From: Octopus vulgaris
Lineage: Eukaryota
Reading direction: 5' to 3'
Assembly: GCA_951406725.2 (NCBI GenBank)
Contig: OX597816.1
Location: 20,336,001 to 20,400,000 of the forward strand
Length of the DNA: 64,000 nt
Shown here: positions 14,855 to 27,679 of the stretch, one piece after another
How the letters are laid out: each line of letters starts with the position of its first letter
Position numbering within the stretch: the first letter of the stretch is position 1
The notes under the pieces: generated by a model
The model's database searches: none
The model's input: only the letters and a program-made list of their open reading frames with translations
Told to the model about the DNA's origin: nothing
Program-made: the position numbers and the translations under genes

Positions 14855-15088
14855 ATATAGACATAGAGGAAAATTAAGATGAACACTAGTTAATCTTATG
14901 TTTGAGTGTGAGTGCGTATACGTGCATAGTACATGCCCATACAAGCACGTACTGTGTTTACACCTACAAACACATACGTTCTATAGTTTTCATGAAGCAT
15001 TGTCTCTTATATATACACACAAGATACAACATATATGTGTATGTGTCTTTGTGTGTGTGTATGTATATATGTACATACACACACACCA

Positions 15089-15260
15089 GGCGTAGGAGTG
15101 GCTGTGTGGTAAGTAGCTTGCTTACCAACCACATGGTTCCGGGTTCAGTCCCACTGCGTGGCACCTTGGGCAAGTGTCTTCTACTATAGCCTCGTGCCGA
15201 CCAAAGCCTTGTGAGTGGATTTGGTAGACAGAAACTGAAAGAAGCCCTTCGTATATATAA

Positions 15261-15305
<45 letters not shown>

Positions 15306-15520
15306 TATTCGTTTGTCTGTCTGTGTTTGTCCCCGCATCATCGCTTGACAACCGATGCTGGTGTGTTTACGTCCCCGTAACTTAGCGGTTCGGCAAAAGA
15401 GAATGATACAATAAGTACTAGGCTTACAAAGAATAAGTCCTGGTGTCGATTTGCTCGACTAAATGGCGGTGCTCGAGCATGGCCGTAGTCAAATGCCTAA
15501 AACAAGTAAAAGAGTAAAAG
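15089..15520 (+). mobile_element. SINE family A, full length
   Basis: Complete head, internal (TG)n and tail. Confidence 0.92.
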
Positions 15521-15561
15521 TGAGAGTATGTGTGTGTATCTGTCTGTTACGTGTGTACGTG

Positions 15562-15597
<36 letters not shown>

Positions 15598-16119
15598 CAT
15601 GTCTGAATGTGTGTACAGACATACCCGCATCAATGAATTGTATTTAAAATTAATATATAAACGAGAAGGTATATTAGATAAAACTAAATAATTATTTTTC
15701 ACAAAAGCACTTGAATATTTATATAATTGTATCAAAATATATAATGATGCATCAAGTAATTAAATTGAAATTTTGATGGCGAATCAAATACGTTGGACAA
15801 TCGAAATGAAAACTAACATATCGTATAACAGACAATACAGGAAGTAGGTAATATTATATTCAATTTACACAGTGAATAGATCTGGCATTTACTATCAAAT
15901 ACATTATCATGTAATATCAAACATTAATTTGTCAGGTCTTCAGTTTCCTACAGTAATATTACAAATCATAAGTCATCTCCCAATAATTATTGCCGTCGCC
16001 TTTCTATATTTTGTTTCTAGTAATAAGACGCTGCTTTGTAATCGTGTCTCGCAAGACGGAAGCTGTTTTCTCAATGTGATCAACTGATCGGATGAAAGAC
16101 GCTAACCTAACAGAATTAT

Positions 16120-16144
16120 ACACACATACATACATGTATATATG

Positions 16145-16176
<32 letters not shown>

Positions 16177-16266
16177 TATGCATACATACATACATGTATA
16201 TATATATATATACATACATGCATATATATATATACATATATATATACATATATATGTATGTATGTC

Positions 16267-16299
<33 letters not shown>

Positions 16300-16335
16300 A
16301 TATATATATATATACATACATACATATATATACAT

Positions 16336-16367
<32 letters not shown>

Positions 16368-16482
16368 GTATGTATATATATATATATATGTATGCATATA
16401 TATATGTATATATATATTTATATATATAGACATACATATATATATATATGTATATATATATATGTATATATATATATGCATG

Positions 16483-16555
<73 letters not shown>
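16120..16555. repeat. Compound TA/TATG/TACA microsatellite
   Basis: Visible array; explains the stacked low-complexity ORFs here. Confidence 0.95.
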
Positions 16556-16559
<4 letters not shown>

Positions 16560-16976
16560 CGAGAGAGAAAGAGACAGACAAACACAGAGACAGACTGGTA
16601 GATAGATAGGTATAATTATATACACACACACACATATAGATAAACGCATATATGCACACCTAAAAGGTAGACGCAATTCAGTCCAAAGACATCAAATCGT
16701 CAGCCGAAATAAAATCTGAATGCGTTTGTGTATGTTGATCACAATCTAGAGCAAAGTCATCAAGACACAAAGAAAAAAATATTTCTCAGCAATGTGTTAT
16801 CATTACGAAGACACATTTACTGGTTTCCTATAATTCTAAATCTTAAAACTGACAATGTATTCACAAAATATGATCAGCAACATATAAAAGTTCTCACTTC
16901 TCTATTTATTTCCGTTCATTGCTGTGTCTGTGTTAACAATATAACCTAAATATCCTACAGTTTTTCTTTGCCGTTA

Positions 16977-17018
<42 letters not shown>

Positions 17019-17040
17019 CGTATGTATGTATGTATGTATG

Positions 17041-17082
<42 letters not shown>

Positions 17083-17231
17083 TGTTGTTCTTTTTTTGGG
17101 TGCAAGCAAGGCTGCCTAGTGAAGAAGCATACCTTTCAGTCATACTGAAAAGCACCGTCTCGACCATTGCCTTGTGTGTGAATTTGTTTGACGGAAATTG
17201 AGTGAAAGCACTTCACGTATGTGTGTCTGCG

Positions 17232-17290
<59 letters not shown>

Positions 17291-17836
17291 AATTTTATTA
17301 TGCGGCAGTAAATATTTTATTTCATGCAGCATACGTTTCCAATGAGTCTTAGCATACTTTTCGCGGGGAATTTGTGGCATAACTACAAATGCAATCAATT
17401 AAACCGCACATGTATTTGACGCTCGTGTAGGTCTAATAAATTGTATTTAAGACAAACCTCTGCAGATGATTTATAGATGTCTATATAAGTAAAATTACAT
17501 ATTACATTAGTAATGAAACAATTGTTCAGGGTCAATCTATTTATTCGTTATGTTTCACTTTCCTTCCATTAAATGTAATGTTATTTCTACTTGGAAACAT
17601 CTTTTCTGTGGCTATACTAACGGAGCTATTTTTAGCACTAGAGCTATCCACATAGTGGTAATTCTCTAATAATTTATGTGTATATATATATATATATATA
17701 TAAGAAAATAGTAAAGAGTGAAAAAACGACAGAAGGCTTAAATGTTAAAGAATATATATATTTGCGTCAATATGTCTGGAGAATATTGGAAAAATTTTTT
17801 TTCCCTCCTTATAATGACATAATTTTATAATTTTTA

Positions 17837-17875
17837 AAGAAAGACCGGTTTCGCAGTTAGCTCTTCAAATTTCTT
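17837..17875 (-). ncRNA. Minimal hammerhead-ribozyme-like motif (left arm of the PLE)
   Basis: Minus strand aagaaa-t-TTGAAGA-gc-taact-gc-GAAA-ccgg-TC-tttctt; variant U3 core and palindromic stem III, as in PLE minimal hammerheads. Confidence 0.55.
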
Positions 17876-18015
17876 GCGACGTAATGTTTATCTTTAATAA
17901 CGTTATCCTTGTATTTTTGCTACTGAGAGTTCTAAATAAGGGAAGGTAGTGCGTGATTTCTTCCGGTGTAAGGGAGATAATCGCTTAAAAAATATTTCTT
18001 TTCCTTTTTTTTCTC

Positions 18016-18692
18016 TTAGTGTGAATTTCTCTGTATTGTTATGTTTGGATAGTTGAGTCTGGGTTTGTACTTTTCAATGAAGAATGTTTCCTTGTTTAGT
18101 CTAATTTGTGTTGATGATCCGAAAGCACATTGGTAAAATGGAAAGATTAAAAATTGTGGTTGTAGTTGCTTTGCGCATTTCTCAATGTGCTCACTAAAAG
18201 GTATCATTCTATATTCTGGGAATGCAATCTGTTGTCGATGCAGTGTGCATCTACGCCTGAGTGATAGTCCTGTGGACCCCACGTAGTCTTGGTGGCAGCC
18301 CGAGCATCTAATGACATAAATTATGTTTTCAGAGGCACAAGTAAAGTTAGATTTGATCTTGAATTCCTGTCCCTCTTTAAAGAAGAATTCTGATCCTTCT
18401 AGTAGGTTAGGACATGTTGCACAGTTCGATCTACCACATTTTTTTACTTTTGCATCCGTAATTTCAGAAGACAAAGTGATTTAGGCTGTTTGTAGCTTTT
18501 AATGATTTGGTGTATGTTTAGAATTTCCTTTAATTTGGGGTTTTTATGAAGTATTGGTAAATTCTGGGTGATGATGGTGAAAGCTTCTTTGTTTCTGGGG
18601 TTGTATGTAGATATGTAAGGTAGTATTTTCGGGGAAGGTGTGTTGTTGTGTTGAACTTTTCTTAAAGTTTCTATGTTGATTTCTGTTGCAAA
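18016..18692 (-). pseudogene. PLE RT-thumb/linker plus GIY-YIG endonuclease, frameshifted and 5'-truncated
   Basis: ORFs 18444-18701 (LPYISTYNP...IKSYKQPKSL) and 18016-18474 (CGRSNCATC...NIIYVIRCSGCHQDYVGST..LRRRCTLH...SEH...E..FIEKYKPRLN); the Cys-rich linker indicates Neptune type. Confidence 0.9.
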
Positions 18693-18988
18693 GCAAAGCA
18701 ACTACAACCACAATTTTTAATCTTTCCATTTTACCAATGTGCTTTCGGATCATCAACACAAATTAGACTAAACAAGGAAACATTCTTCATTGAAAAGTAC
18801 AAACCCAGACTCAACTATCCAAACATAACAATACAGAGAAATTCACACTAAGAGAAAAAAGGAAAAAAAAATGTTTTAAGCGATTATCTCCCTTACACCG
18901 GAAGAAATCACGCACTACCTTCCCTTATTTAGAACTCTCCGTAGCAAAAATACAAGGTTAACGTTATTAAAGATAAACATTACGTCGC

Positions 18989-19027
18989 AAGAAATTTGAA
19001 GAGCTAACTGCGAAACCGGTCTTTCTT
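18989..19027 (+). ncRNA. Minimal hammerhead-ribozyme-like motif (right arm of the PLE)
   Basis: aagaaatTTGAAGAgctaactgcGAAAccggTCtttctt; identical to the left-arm copy. Confidence 0.55.
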
Positions 19028-19213
19028 TAAAAATTATAAAATTATGTCATTATAAGGAGGGAAAAATTTTTTTTCCAATATTCTCCAGACATATTGACGC
19101 AAATATATATATTCTTTAACATTTAAGCCTCCTGTCGTTTTTTCAATCTTTACTATTTTCTTATATATTCACCCACGTGCTTTCACAAACAAACGTTCTT
19201 ATCTATATACATA

Positions 19214-19255
<42 letters not shown>

Positions 19256-19256
<1 letters not shown>

Positions 19257-19633
19257 TCTTTTATTCTTTTATTTGTTTCAGTCAGTTGACTGCGGACATG
19301 CTGGAGCATCGCCTTTAGTCGAACAAATCAGGACTTTCTTTTGTAAACCTAGTACTCTTTTGCTGAACCGCTAAGTTACGGGGACATAAACACAACAACA
19401 GCTAGTCAACCGATGGTGCGGTCACAAATACAGTCAAATAAACATATTCATATATATATATATATATATACAACGGGCTTCTTTCAGTTCCCGTCTACCA
19501 AGTCCATTCACTAGGCTTTGGTCGGTCCGATGCAATAATAGAAGACACTTGCCCAAGGTGCCATGCAGTGGGACTGAACCTGGAACCATGTGGTTTGTAA
19601 GCAAGTTACTTACCACAAAGCCGTTCCTGCACC
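19256..19633 (-). mobile_element. SINE family A, diverged
   Basis: Reverse complement of head, body and tail. Confidence 0.85.
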
Positions 19634-19663
19634 TATCTCTCTCTCTCTCTCGCTCTTTCTCCC

Positions 19664-19738
<75 letters not shown>

Positions 19739-19803
19739 TATATATATAATTATATATATATATATAATAATATATATATATATATAATTATATATAATTA
19801 TAA

Positions 19804-20035
19804 AAGGCGGCGAGCTAGCAGAAACGTTAGCATGCTGGGCGAAATGCGTCGCTGTATTTCGTCTGTCGTAACGTTCCGAGTTCAAATTCCGCCGAGGTCG
19901 ACTTTGCCTTTCATCCTTTCGGGGTCGATAAATTAAGTACCAGTTACACACTGGGGTCGATATAATCGACTTAATCCGTTTGTCTGTCCTTGTTTGTCCC
20001 GTCTGTGTTTAGCCCCTTGTGGGTAGTAAAGAAAT
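19804..20035 (+). mobile_element. SINE family B monomer
   Basis: aaggcggcgagctagcagaaacgttagc...gtgggtagtaaagaaata; flanked by tatataattataa. Confidence 0.9.
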
Positions 20036-20303
20036 ATGTATATATAATTATAATAAAGAGCACTGTAGTGGTCACGCCTATACGCTATAAGTAGACATCG
20101 AATGTCTGTAAGCCATTTTAAATTTGTTTTCTATTTCACTCCAACACATGGCCGAATGCGAAGTAATAGGGAAGAAGATTTACAAAATTTCGGATAATCC
20201 TATATCTTAAGATATGAACAAATATTTGTGTGTGTGTATGTGTGTTATATTTGTCTGTATGTATGTATGTATGTATGTATTTATATATGTATGTATGTAT
20301 GTA

Positions 20304-20353
<50 letters not shown>

Positions 20354-20734
20354 TATATGTATGTATGTATGTATGACTGAGAGTGTTAGGAAGTCATGAT
20401 TGGGCTGCATGCTAGTTGGTCAAAGCCGTATTCTAAAAATTCAGATTGTGGGAGACTATTCAACGGTACAAAATGAAGACGTTGGCAACAACTCAACTGT
20501 CAGTTCAATACATTTTGAAATCTGATGGTTACTACGAACGCACGAAAGCGTTAACTGACCTTTATGTACATTACAAAATATTTTTCTAGTGTTTAACATA
20601 ATTCAACATCGTAAAATTTATATTTTAAAACACAATAATAAAAAGTGTTAAAACCTGACTAATGATATATTTTTCTATACATATTTATGCAAATTCCAAT
20701 TCTCCCTCTCTCTTTCTCTCTCTCTCTCTCTACG

Positions 20735-20809
<75 letters not shown>

Positions 20810-21479
20810 GAATATCAAAGGCTAATCAGAAATATTAGACATTTCCATTACTACTGGCCTAGCGTGTAGAAATTTAAAATTTACTCAATAGACTATATAT
20901 TATTCATATAAATACACTATATGTATTATACACAGCACTATATGTACACAGTATATATATATATATGTGTGTGTGTATGTGTGTATGTGTATGTATGTAT
21001 GTATGCATGTATGTATGTATGTATGTATGTACGCATGTATGTGTGTATGTATGTATGGAAAACAAACTTAAACAGGTAGAAATATAGGAAAAATACAAGT
21101 TGAAAATACATTGAGAAGAGTTAATATATTTCTTATTAATATATTTAAAGTTTTAACCGGTTTCACAGTTCAAATAGAAAGGCGTGGCTTATGTAGCAGC
21201 TGTCTTGTTTCTGATAAATATTTGAAGCTTGTTCAAAACCCATTCAAAACATTTACAAATTTGAGCCATGAACTCCCAACAAAAATAGGGTAAGCTTCAA
21301 AAACTAATCAGAAGCAAATCAGCCGCGACATAAGTCTTTCTATTCGAACTTTGTGAAAACCAGTGTAAACTGTGAAACCGCTTAAAATATATTAATAAAA
21401 AAATATTTTAATTATTCTCAGTGCATTTTCAACTTCAAATTTCTTACACACACACACACACACATACATATACATATAT

Positions 21480-21511
21480 ATATAAACACAGACAAATAAA
21501 CACACACACAT

Positions 21512-21542
<31 letters not shown>

Positions 21543-21694
21543 CAACGGGCTTCTTTTAGTTTCCGTCTACCAAATCCATTCACTAGGCTTTGGTCGGTCC
21601 GATGCTATAATAGAAGATACTTGTCCAAAGTGTCACGCAGTGGTACTGAACCCAGAACCATGTCGCTAGTGAACAAGTTACTTACCACACAGCA
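21480..21694 (-). mobile_element. SINE family A, 5' half
   Basis: cgggcttcttttagtttccgtctaccaaatcc...cttaccacacagc. Confidence 0.8.
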
Positions 21695-21702
21695 ATATAT
21701 AT

Positions 21703-22217
21703 AGGCGGGGAATTCATAAAAAAACAAAAAACCAAGACGGGTGGTGTAGGCAACAAACAAATACATTAGTATAACGCTCGGGAAGTGAAAAAATCTTTAA
21801 TGTTTCGAGCCTACGCTCTTCCACAGAAAGGTACGCAGAAAGAAACAAGGAGAGAAAATAAAGAATGTGTAGTGGCTAGCGATCTATCATGGCGAGGGCC
21901 GGGCAGACGGGTCACACAGGAGAGCTAGGGAGAAGGGGAGATAATAAAGTGTTCGTGATCCCAAAACGAAGGTGCGCGTGCGCGTATTTAAGAGAGTTTG
22001 TATGTGCGTGTGGAAGAGGGCTGGTGATCTTGACATGTGCATAGTGGTATTTTGTGATGTGATGTGTTGTGTGGTATGGTGGTAAGGTGTATTGGTGTGT
22101 GGTATATACATATATATATATATACTTTTTCACTTCCCGAGCATTACACTAATACACTTGTTTGTCGTCTACACTACCTGTCTTCTTCCTTTCTTTTTTG
22201 TGAATTCTTCCCCCACC

Positions 22218-22220
<3 letters not shown>
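21703..22220 (-). mobile_element. Non-coding PLE-terminus-like element with inverted ends
   Basis: 21705-21795 is a diverged inverted repeat of 22125-22215; minus-strand core ctgtggaa-gagc-gtag-gctc-GAAAC; related copy at 61330-61485. Confidence 0.55.
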
Positions 22221-22280
<60 letters not shown>

Positions 22281-22285
<5 letters not shown>

Positions 22286-22434
22286 GCATGAAAACCACTC
22301 ACTGTGTTTTGTAGACAAAATTTCTCGCTGTTGACAAATGAATGTAAATACACCTCAAGTTTACGTACACAAACTGTGGGATGCAGCTGTGAGCTAATTC
22401 AGCGTTTGTATGTATACATACATATATATATATG

Positions 22435-22468
<34 letters not shown>

Positions 22469-22602
22469 TTTATATATACATTTATGCAGCTCACAGCTGC
22501 ATCCCACAGTTTGCGTACGTAAACTTGAGGTGTATTTACATTTATTTGTCAACCGCGAGAAATTTTGTCTACAAAACACAGTGAGTGGTTTTCATGCTAA
22601 TT
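22281..22602. repeat. 115-bp inverted repeat with TA-microsatellite spacer
   Basis: 22281-22395 is the reverse complement of 22488-22602 with about 3 mismatches. Confidence 0.92.
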
Positions 22603-22695
22603 CGAATATGCCTCAAGAATATTTGAACTGGTAACAAGTTCCTATATTTATACACATTCTTGCTAAGCGCTGTCACTCCGTATAAATTCATATAT

Positions 22696-22740
<45 letters not shown>

Positions 22741-22744
<4 letters not shown>

Positions 22745-22937
22745 GGAGTAAACACATAAATGTGAAACAAGGTGGAAAAAAGAGTACTCAAATACCAGTG
22801 GTAGAGTAATATGCTTTATTTTAAGCAGCAGAAAATTCAACAAAATCTGTTACTCTGAGTTTCTCAGCAAAAACTGTCTGATGAACGGCAACGAGAAACT
22901 CAGAGTAACAGATTTTGTTGAATTTTCTGCTGCTAAA

Positions 22938-22945
<8 letters not shown>
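22741..22945. mobile_element. Short hairpin element with hammerhead-like core, between (TA)n arrays
   Basis: ~50-bp near-perfect stem (22816-22866 / 22894-22942); the loop and right arm read actgt-CTGATGA-acggcaacga-GAAA-ctc-agagt. Confidence 0.65.
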
Positions 22946-23007
<62 letters not shown>

Positions 23008-23373
23008 AAGTGTGCTCTGCATGAGTGCGTGTGTGAGAGTGATCACGTATTTATATACGCATTCTTCTTTCTATTTCATGCGTTTCTATTTAGCTATGTT
23101 AGTATAAGTGTGTACGACCGCTTGCATGTAAGCGTGCATGCATTTATGTTTATATTTGCCAACATGAGTTTATAATCTATGTCTTATGCTGTTGCACATA
23201 ATTTGCACACTATTATCTTATTATTGAATCTTAGTAATATTCCGATGAAATAACGCTAATTCGATAATTGCACCGAGTTATAGCACAAGCCTTCTTCTAC
23301 CACGTATGTATGCATATATGTAAATCTATCTATTCTCTCTCTCTTTCTCTCTCTTTCTCTCTCTCTATCTCTA

Positions 23374-23404
<31 letters not shown>

Positions 23405-23691
23405 GTATATGTATATGTATATGTATACATATATATACATATATACATACGTATATATATTTATACGTAGATATACATATATGTATATATGTCCATATAT
23501 ACACGTATATGTATAAAGAGAGTCAAGTATATATATATACATATATATGTACATATATAAAGTGAGACAGATATGCAAATGTGATAATTGTAACCATAAG
23601 AATGGAAGCACACATATTCATGCCTTTGTATATATATATATATATATATATATGTAATGATATATATAGATATATGCCTATATATGTTTGT

Positions 23692-23735
<44 letters not shown>

Positions 23736-23759
23736 TATATAAACATACATATATGTGCA

Positions 23760-23818
<59 letters not shown>

Positions 23819-25204
23819 TTATGTTAGTAAGTATTGTGTGAGTGCGTGTGCGTGTCTGTGTGTGAGTGCCTATCTGTATGTGTGCCTGTGTGCGTGTGTG
23901 TATGTGTGTGTGTGTACGTACGTATATATACATGTAGTTAATTTTCATTACTAATATTCTACAATTAATTTTCCTTCTGAATGTTTACATACCTGCCTAA
24001 AAAACCTTTCTTTTAATTGGTGATATCTCTCACTCACTAACGTTTATTATCACATTTATTTATCTAACAAATTTTCAAACATAATAATTCATATAATTTT
24101 TTAAAAAAAACATAATTAATCTTCTTTCCTTCCAAAATTGTTGCTCACCTATAATTTACATATTTTTCATATAGTTTTTATCAGTTTCTGTGAAATCAAT
24201 TTTTCAATTGTAATTTAATTTTACGAGTTATTTTATTTACCAAGTTCTACGTACAGAAAACCATATATTTTTCTGAGTTAAAAACAATCATATATTTATA
24301 TACTTTTATTCATGAAAAGTAAACTACTAGAAATATGATAATAATTTTAGAATATTTTCTTTACCTATTTCTTTTTATTTTTAAGTCGCTGCTTCAGTTC
24401 TCTAACAAAGTTTAGCTTTAAATAACAACTGTTAACTATTATTTTTACTCAATTCTTTTTCTCGTCCTTGAATCGCGCAATCTAATAAATCTTTAAGTTT
24501 TCAACATCCTACTTAGGAAATTCAGCACAGCGAAATTTAAGTTCCTTTAATTTATTTATACTTAGATATTTCACCATATCCATTTTATTAGGTTTTGTTT
24601 CACGTTTTTGTTTGTTTGTTTTTTTCTTGATTTTCGTTTGTTTTGAAGCGAATTAAATTCATATTTCTTCAGAAGATTTATTTACGTTCATTTTGGTTTT
24701 GCGAGCTTAAGCATATTTCAACACATGAAATGAGATTGAGTTAATATTTGTTTTTAACAGCGATATTAACAGTTACTAAGTGAGCTAACGTATGAGAATG
24801 CTGTATCTGTATAGATGAGGTAAGAGGTTCACACTGCTACCACGAGCTTTCGTGTTGAGGCCCACTGTCAATACGTTCAGCAAGTATATATACAAAATGT
24901 AATATAATATAAATAATATATAAATATATGCATATATACATACATATATGTACATACCTACATATAGATGTATATATATATACATGCATATATGGGTACA
25001 GGACATCAAAAAAACGTAGACAAAATGAGAAACGAGAACATAAAAACATAAACATAGAAAACTAACTTTTTTTACAAACAACGAAAGAAACAAGCAGAGG
25101 AACGAGACAGGCAACATAAAGAACATTCCTTTCATCAGTTGTCCCCTGTTTTATCTACTCTGCGTTTCGAAGGTAGGGACAAGACGCAACTTCGTTAAAA
25201 CAGT

Positions 25205-25350
25205 AACCGAAATTTAGCAGTTCGGCAAAAAAAACGATATAATAGATACTAGGCTTACAAAGAATAAGTCCTGGGGTCGGATTTCTTCGACTTAAGGCGA
25301 TGCTGCAGTCAAATGATTGAAACGTGTAATAGAGTAAAAGAATAAAAGAG
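25205..25350 (+). mobile_element. SINE family A, 3' fragment
   Basis: ttagcagttcggcaaaa...ggcttacaaagaataagtcctggggtcgg...gcagtcaaatgattgaaac. Confidence 0.8.
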
Positions 25351-26149
25351 TGCTTATATATAGACGCATAATATCCAAACAGAAACACATACAGACACTC
25401 ACATATTTGGGGTTGTCAAAGAAATTATTTCTTTTTCTCTAACTTGGCACTCTTTCCTCATATATCTGGAAAAAGTTAAAATTATTTGAAAATTCGAAAA
25501 CGATTAAGAAAGTGTGTAATAAGAAAAGAGCGCTGCAAAAAACACTATGATAAAAAACTTATTCTCGTGCTATTCCAAGGCTTATTAAAACTGAAATGAT
25601 ATAAACGAATGGAATTATCTGACAACTCAATGCATACACGGAAACAGTTCGCGAGCTTCAAAATGTCCCCCTACTTTTCCTACACATCATTTCTTGTGTC
25701 AGAAATTATCTATCATTTCTGTTACGTTGACAAGGAATACATCGGATTCCATTAATGACGCTTATTAATCCAATGTCTTATCCATTTGCCATATATGACA
25801 ACTCACCTAATTGGATAGAAATATTCTTTATGATATAGATTTGTGCCAAACATTTATAATTCCTTGAATATTTATGTAATTAACAAAGCGGAATTACAAA
25901 TCTTGTCAAATGAAGTCTGAGCTATTGTTGGCAGCGGATCTTATCTTATTAATGGTTATTATTGAACAGTTATTGGTCAGATGAAATGGTTGACACCTGT
26001 CATTTGCATAGACGTTTTTACGTTGAGTCATAACAAGAAACATAATATTCTGATTTACCTCCTACAAAGCCTAATTTTATTTGAAAGCGTGCCTGGAAGG
26101 AAAATAAAAGATATTATTGCCAGAAACTTGACACAAGAATATTTAAAGA

Positions 26150-26680
26150 AACAGACATTGGTGAAATATCAGCGCTAATATTAAAATGATCTGTTATAAA
26201 CATCGTTTGTTTTGTAATGTCAACCACTTCAGAGAAATATTTCATCGCCATACATCAAGTAGGTGATGAGCAAATATATTTATTATCTTCAAATATAAGC
26301 ACGATAGTACCATAGAAATCATAAGCAAGTAACGATACCATTATGCTTCCTTTTCAAAGAAGGTAAGACACAAGATATATATTTTAGTTCTAGAAGTACT
26401 GTACTGAGAAAATGACAGGATAAATACAGTTTCAAAGACTTGTTCAATATCTAATATAAGGCTGAATAATATAACAAATATACGTTGGAACTGATAATGA
26501 GTTAAGCAACTTCCTAGAAATAATAAGTAATACAAACATTTTAAGAAACTGCACATATTTATTTGTGTTAGAGCGAATCTGCCACACAGTTAATTTGGTA
26601 ATTGTTTCTTTACTGAAGTCCACTCCGTGACAGGCATTTCGGGTAGGTCTCTGGTTTAAGATTAATTCTACAGAACAGTT
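26150..26680 (-). pseudogene. Degraded coding-like segment of unknown product, copy 1
   Basis: Homologous to 30350-30870; differences concentrate at third positions of the minus frame (DIEQVFETVFILSFSQYSTSRTKIYI vs NIELDF*TVSILSFSQYSSSRTTLYI). Confidence 0.45.
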
Positions 26681-26787
26681 GTTGTTACTTCATCTTCGTC
26701 CTCTTCATACATATATATATATATATATATGTAAATATATGTATGTATATATATATATGTATGTACGTATATATAAATATATGTATG

Positions 26788-26849
<62 letters not shown>

Positions 26850-26915
26850 TATATAAATATATATATATATAAATATATGTATGTATATATATATATGCAT
26901 ATATATATATGTATG

Positions 26916-26946
<31 letters not shown>

Positions 26947-27679
26947 ATGTGTGTAGTAATATAATAAGAGTAAATAATATCTTTAATGGTTTTTAAAAAG
27001 AACCAACAATTATTCACGGGTAGATTTCGGCATGTAAATATAACCATTAACGGTAGGAACTTCTATAAAAGTTCAATATATATATATTGTATATAAATAA
27101 AAGAGGCAGGCAACAGGTTGCTTAGCCACATACGGAAAAAATTAAAAATAGCAGTCAAAGACTGTTTATTTCTATTTTCTACAAATGAGACTCTACATAC
27201 GACATATCCCTGTAATTCACATAAGCAAAACAGAAGGAAGAAATAATGAAAACAAAGTCTAACGGTCATTTACGAACGCGTTTCTAGATTAGGAATATAA
27301 TAAAATATAAATTCCGTGTCTTTCATCAGCGTAAACCTCCATTAAAATAGATTTATCAAATGCTACGTACCTCCACTTCCCGATCAGGCGACATCGAAAT
27401 AGTGGAAGAAAGCAAGCATAGGCTAATCCTATATAGACGATTGAATAAAGACACAGTCAGATGACCGAAACAAGTAAAAGAATAAAAGAATATATGTATA
27501 AATATATATTTATATTATTCATACTCGAAGACATATAAATTCATAGAACGTATAAACACTCGCTGAAACAGATATATATATACACACATCATACAGAGAG
27601 AGAGAGAGAGAGAGAGGGAGAGCAAGAGAAAGTGGACGGATAAACAGAAAGAAAGGACATGGGCAATCCTAGAAAAAAA

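Larger units (their letters stand above)
17696..19220 (-). mobile_element. 5'-truncated Penelope-like element (Neptune type) with inverted pseudo-LTR, inserted in (TA)n
   Basis: 17696-18174 is the reverse complement of 18693-19167; the spacer and left arm encode the RT-linker and GIY-YIG domain; TA arrays on both flanks. Confidence 0.9.

Noticed and set aside
16004-16676. Stack of overlapping YIYI ORFs (also at 1.1, 12.7, 23.3, 26.7 and 63.7 kb)
   Set aside because: TA/TG microsatellites are stop-free in several frames.
24990-25200. Minus-strand GAAAC...CTGATGA as a permuted hammerhead (similar layout near 40470-40530)
   Set aside because: I could not build convincing stems I and III; probably a PLE-terminus repeat but unsupported as a ribozyme.
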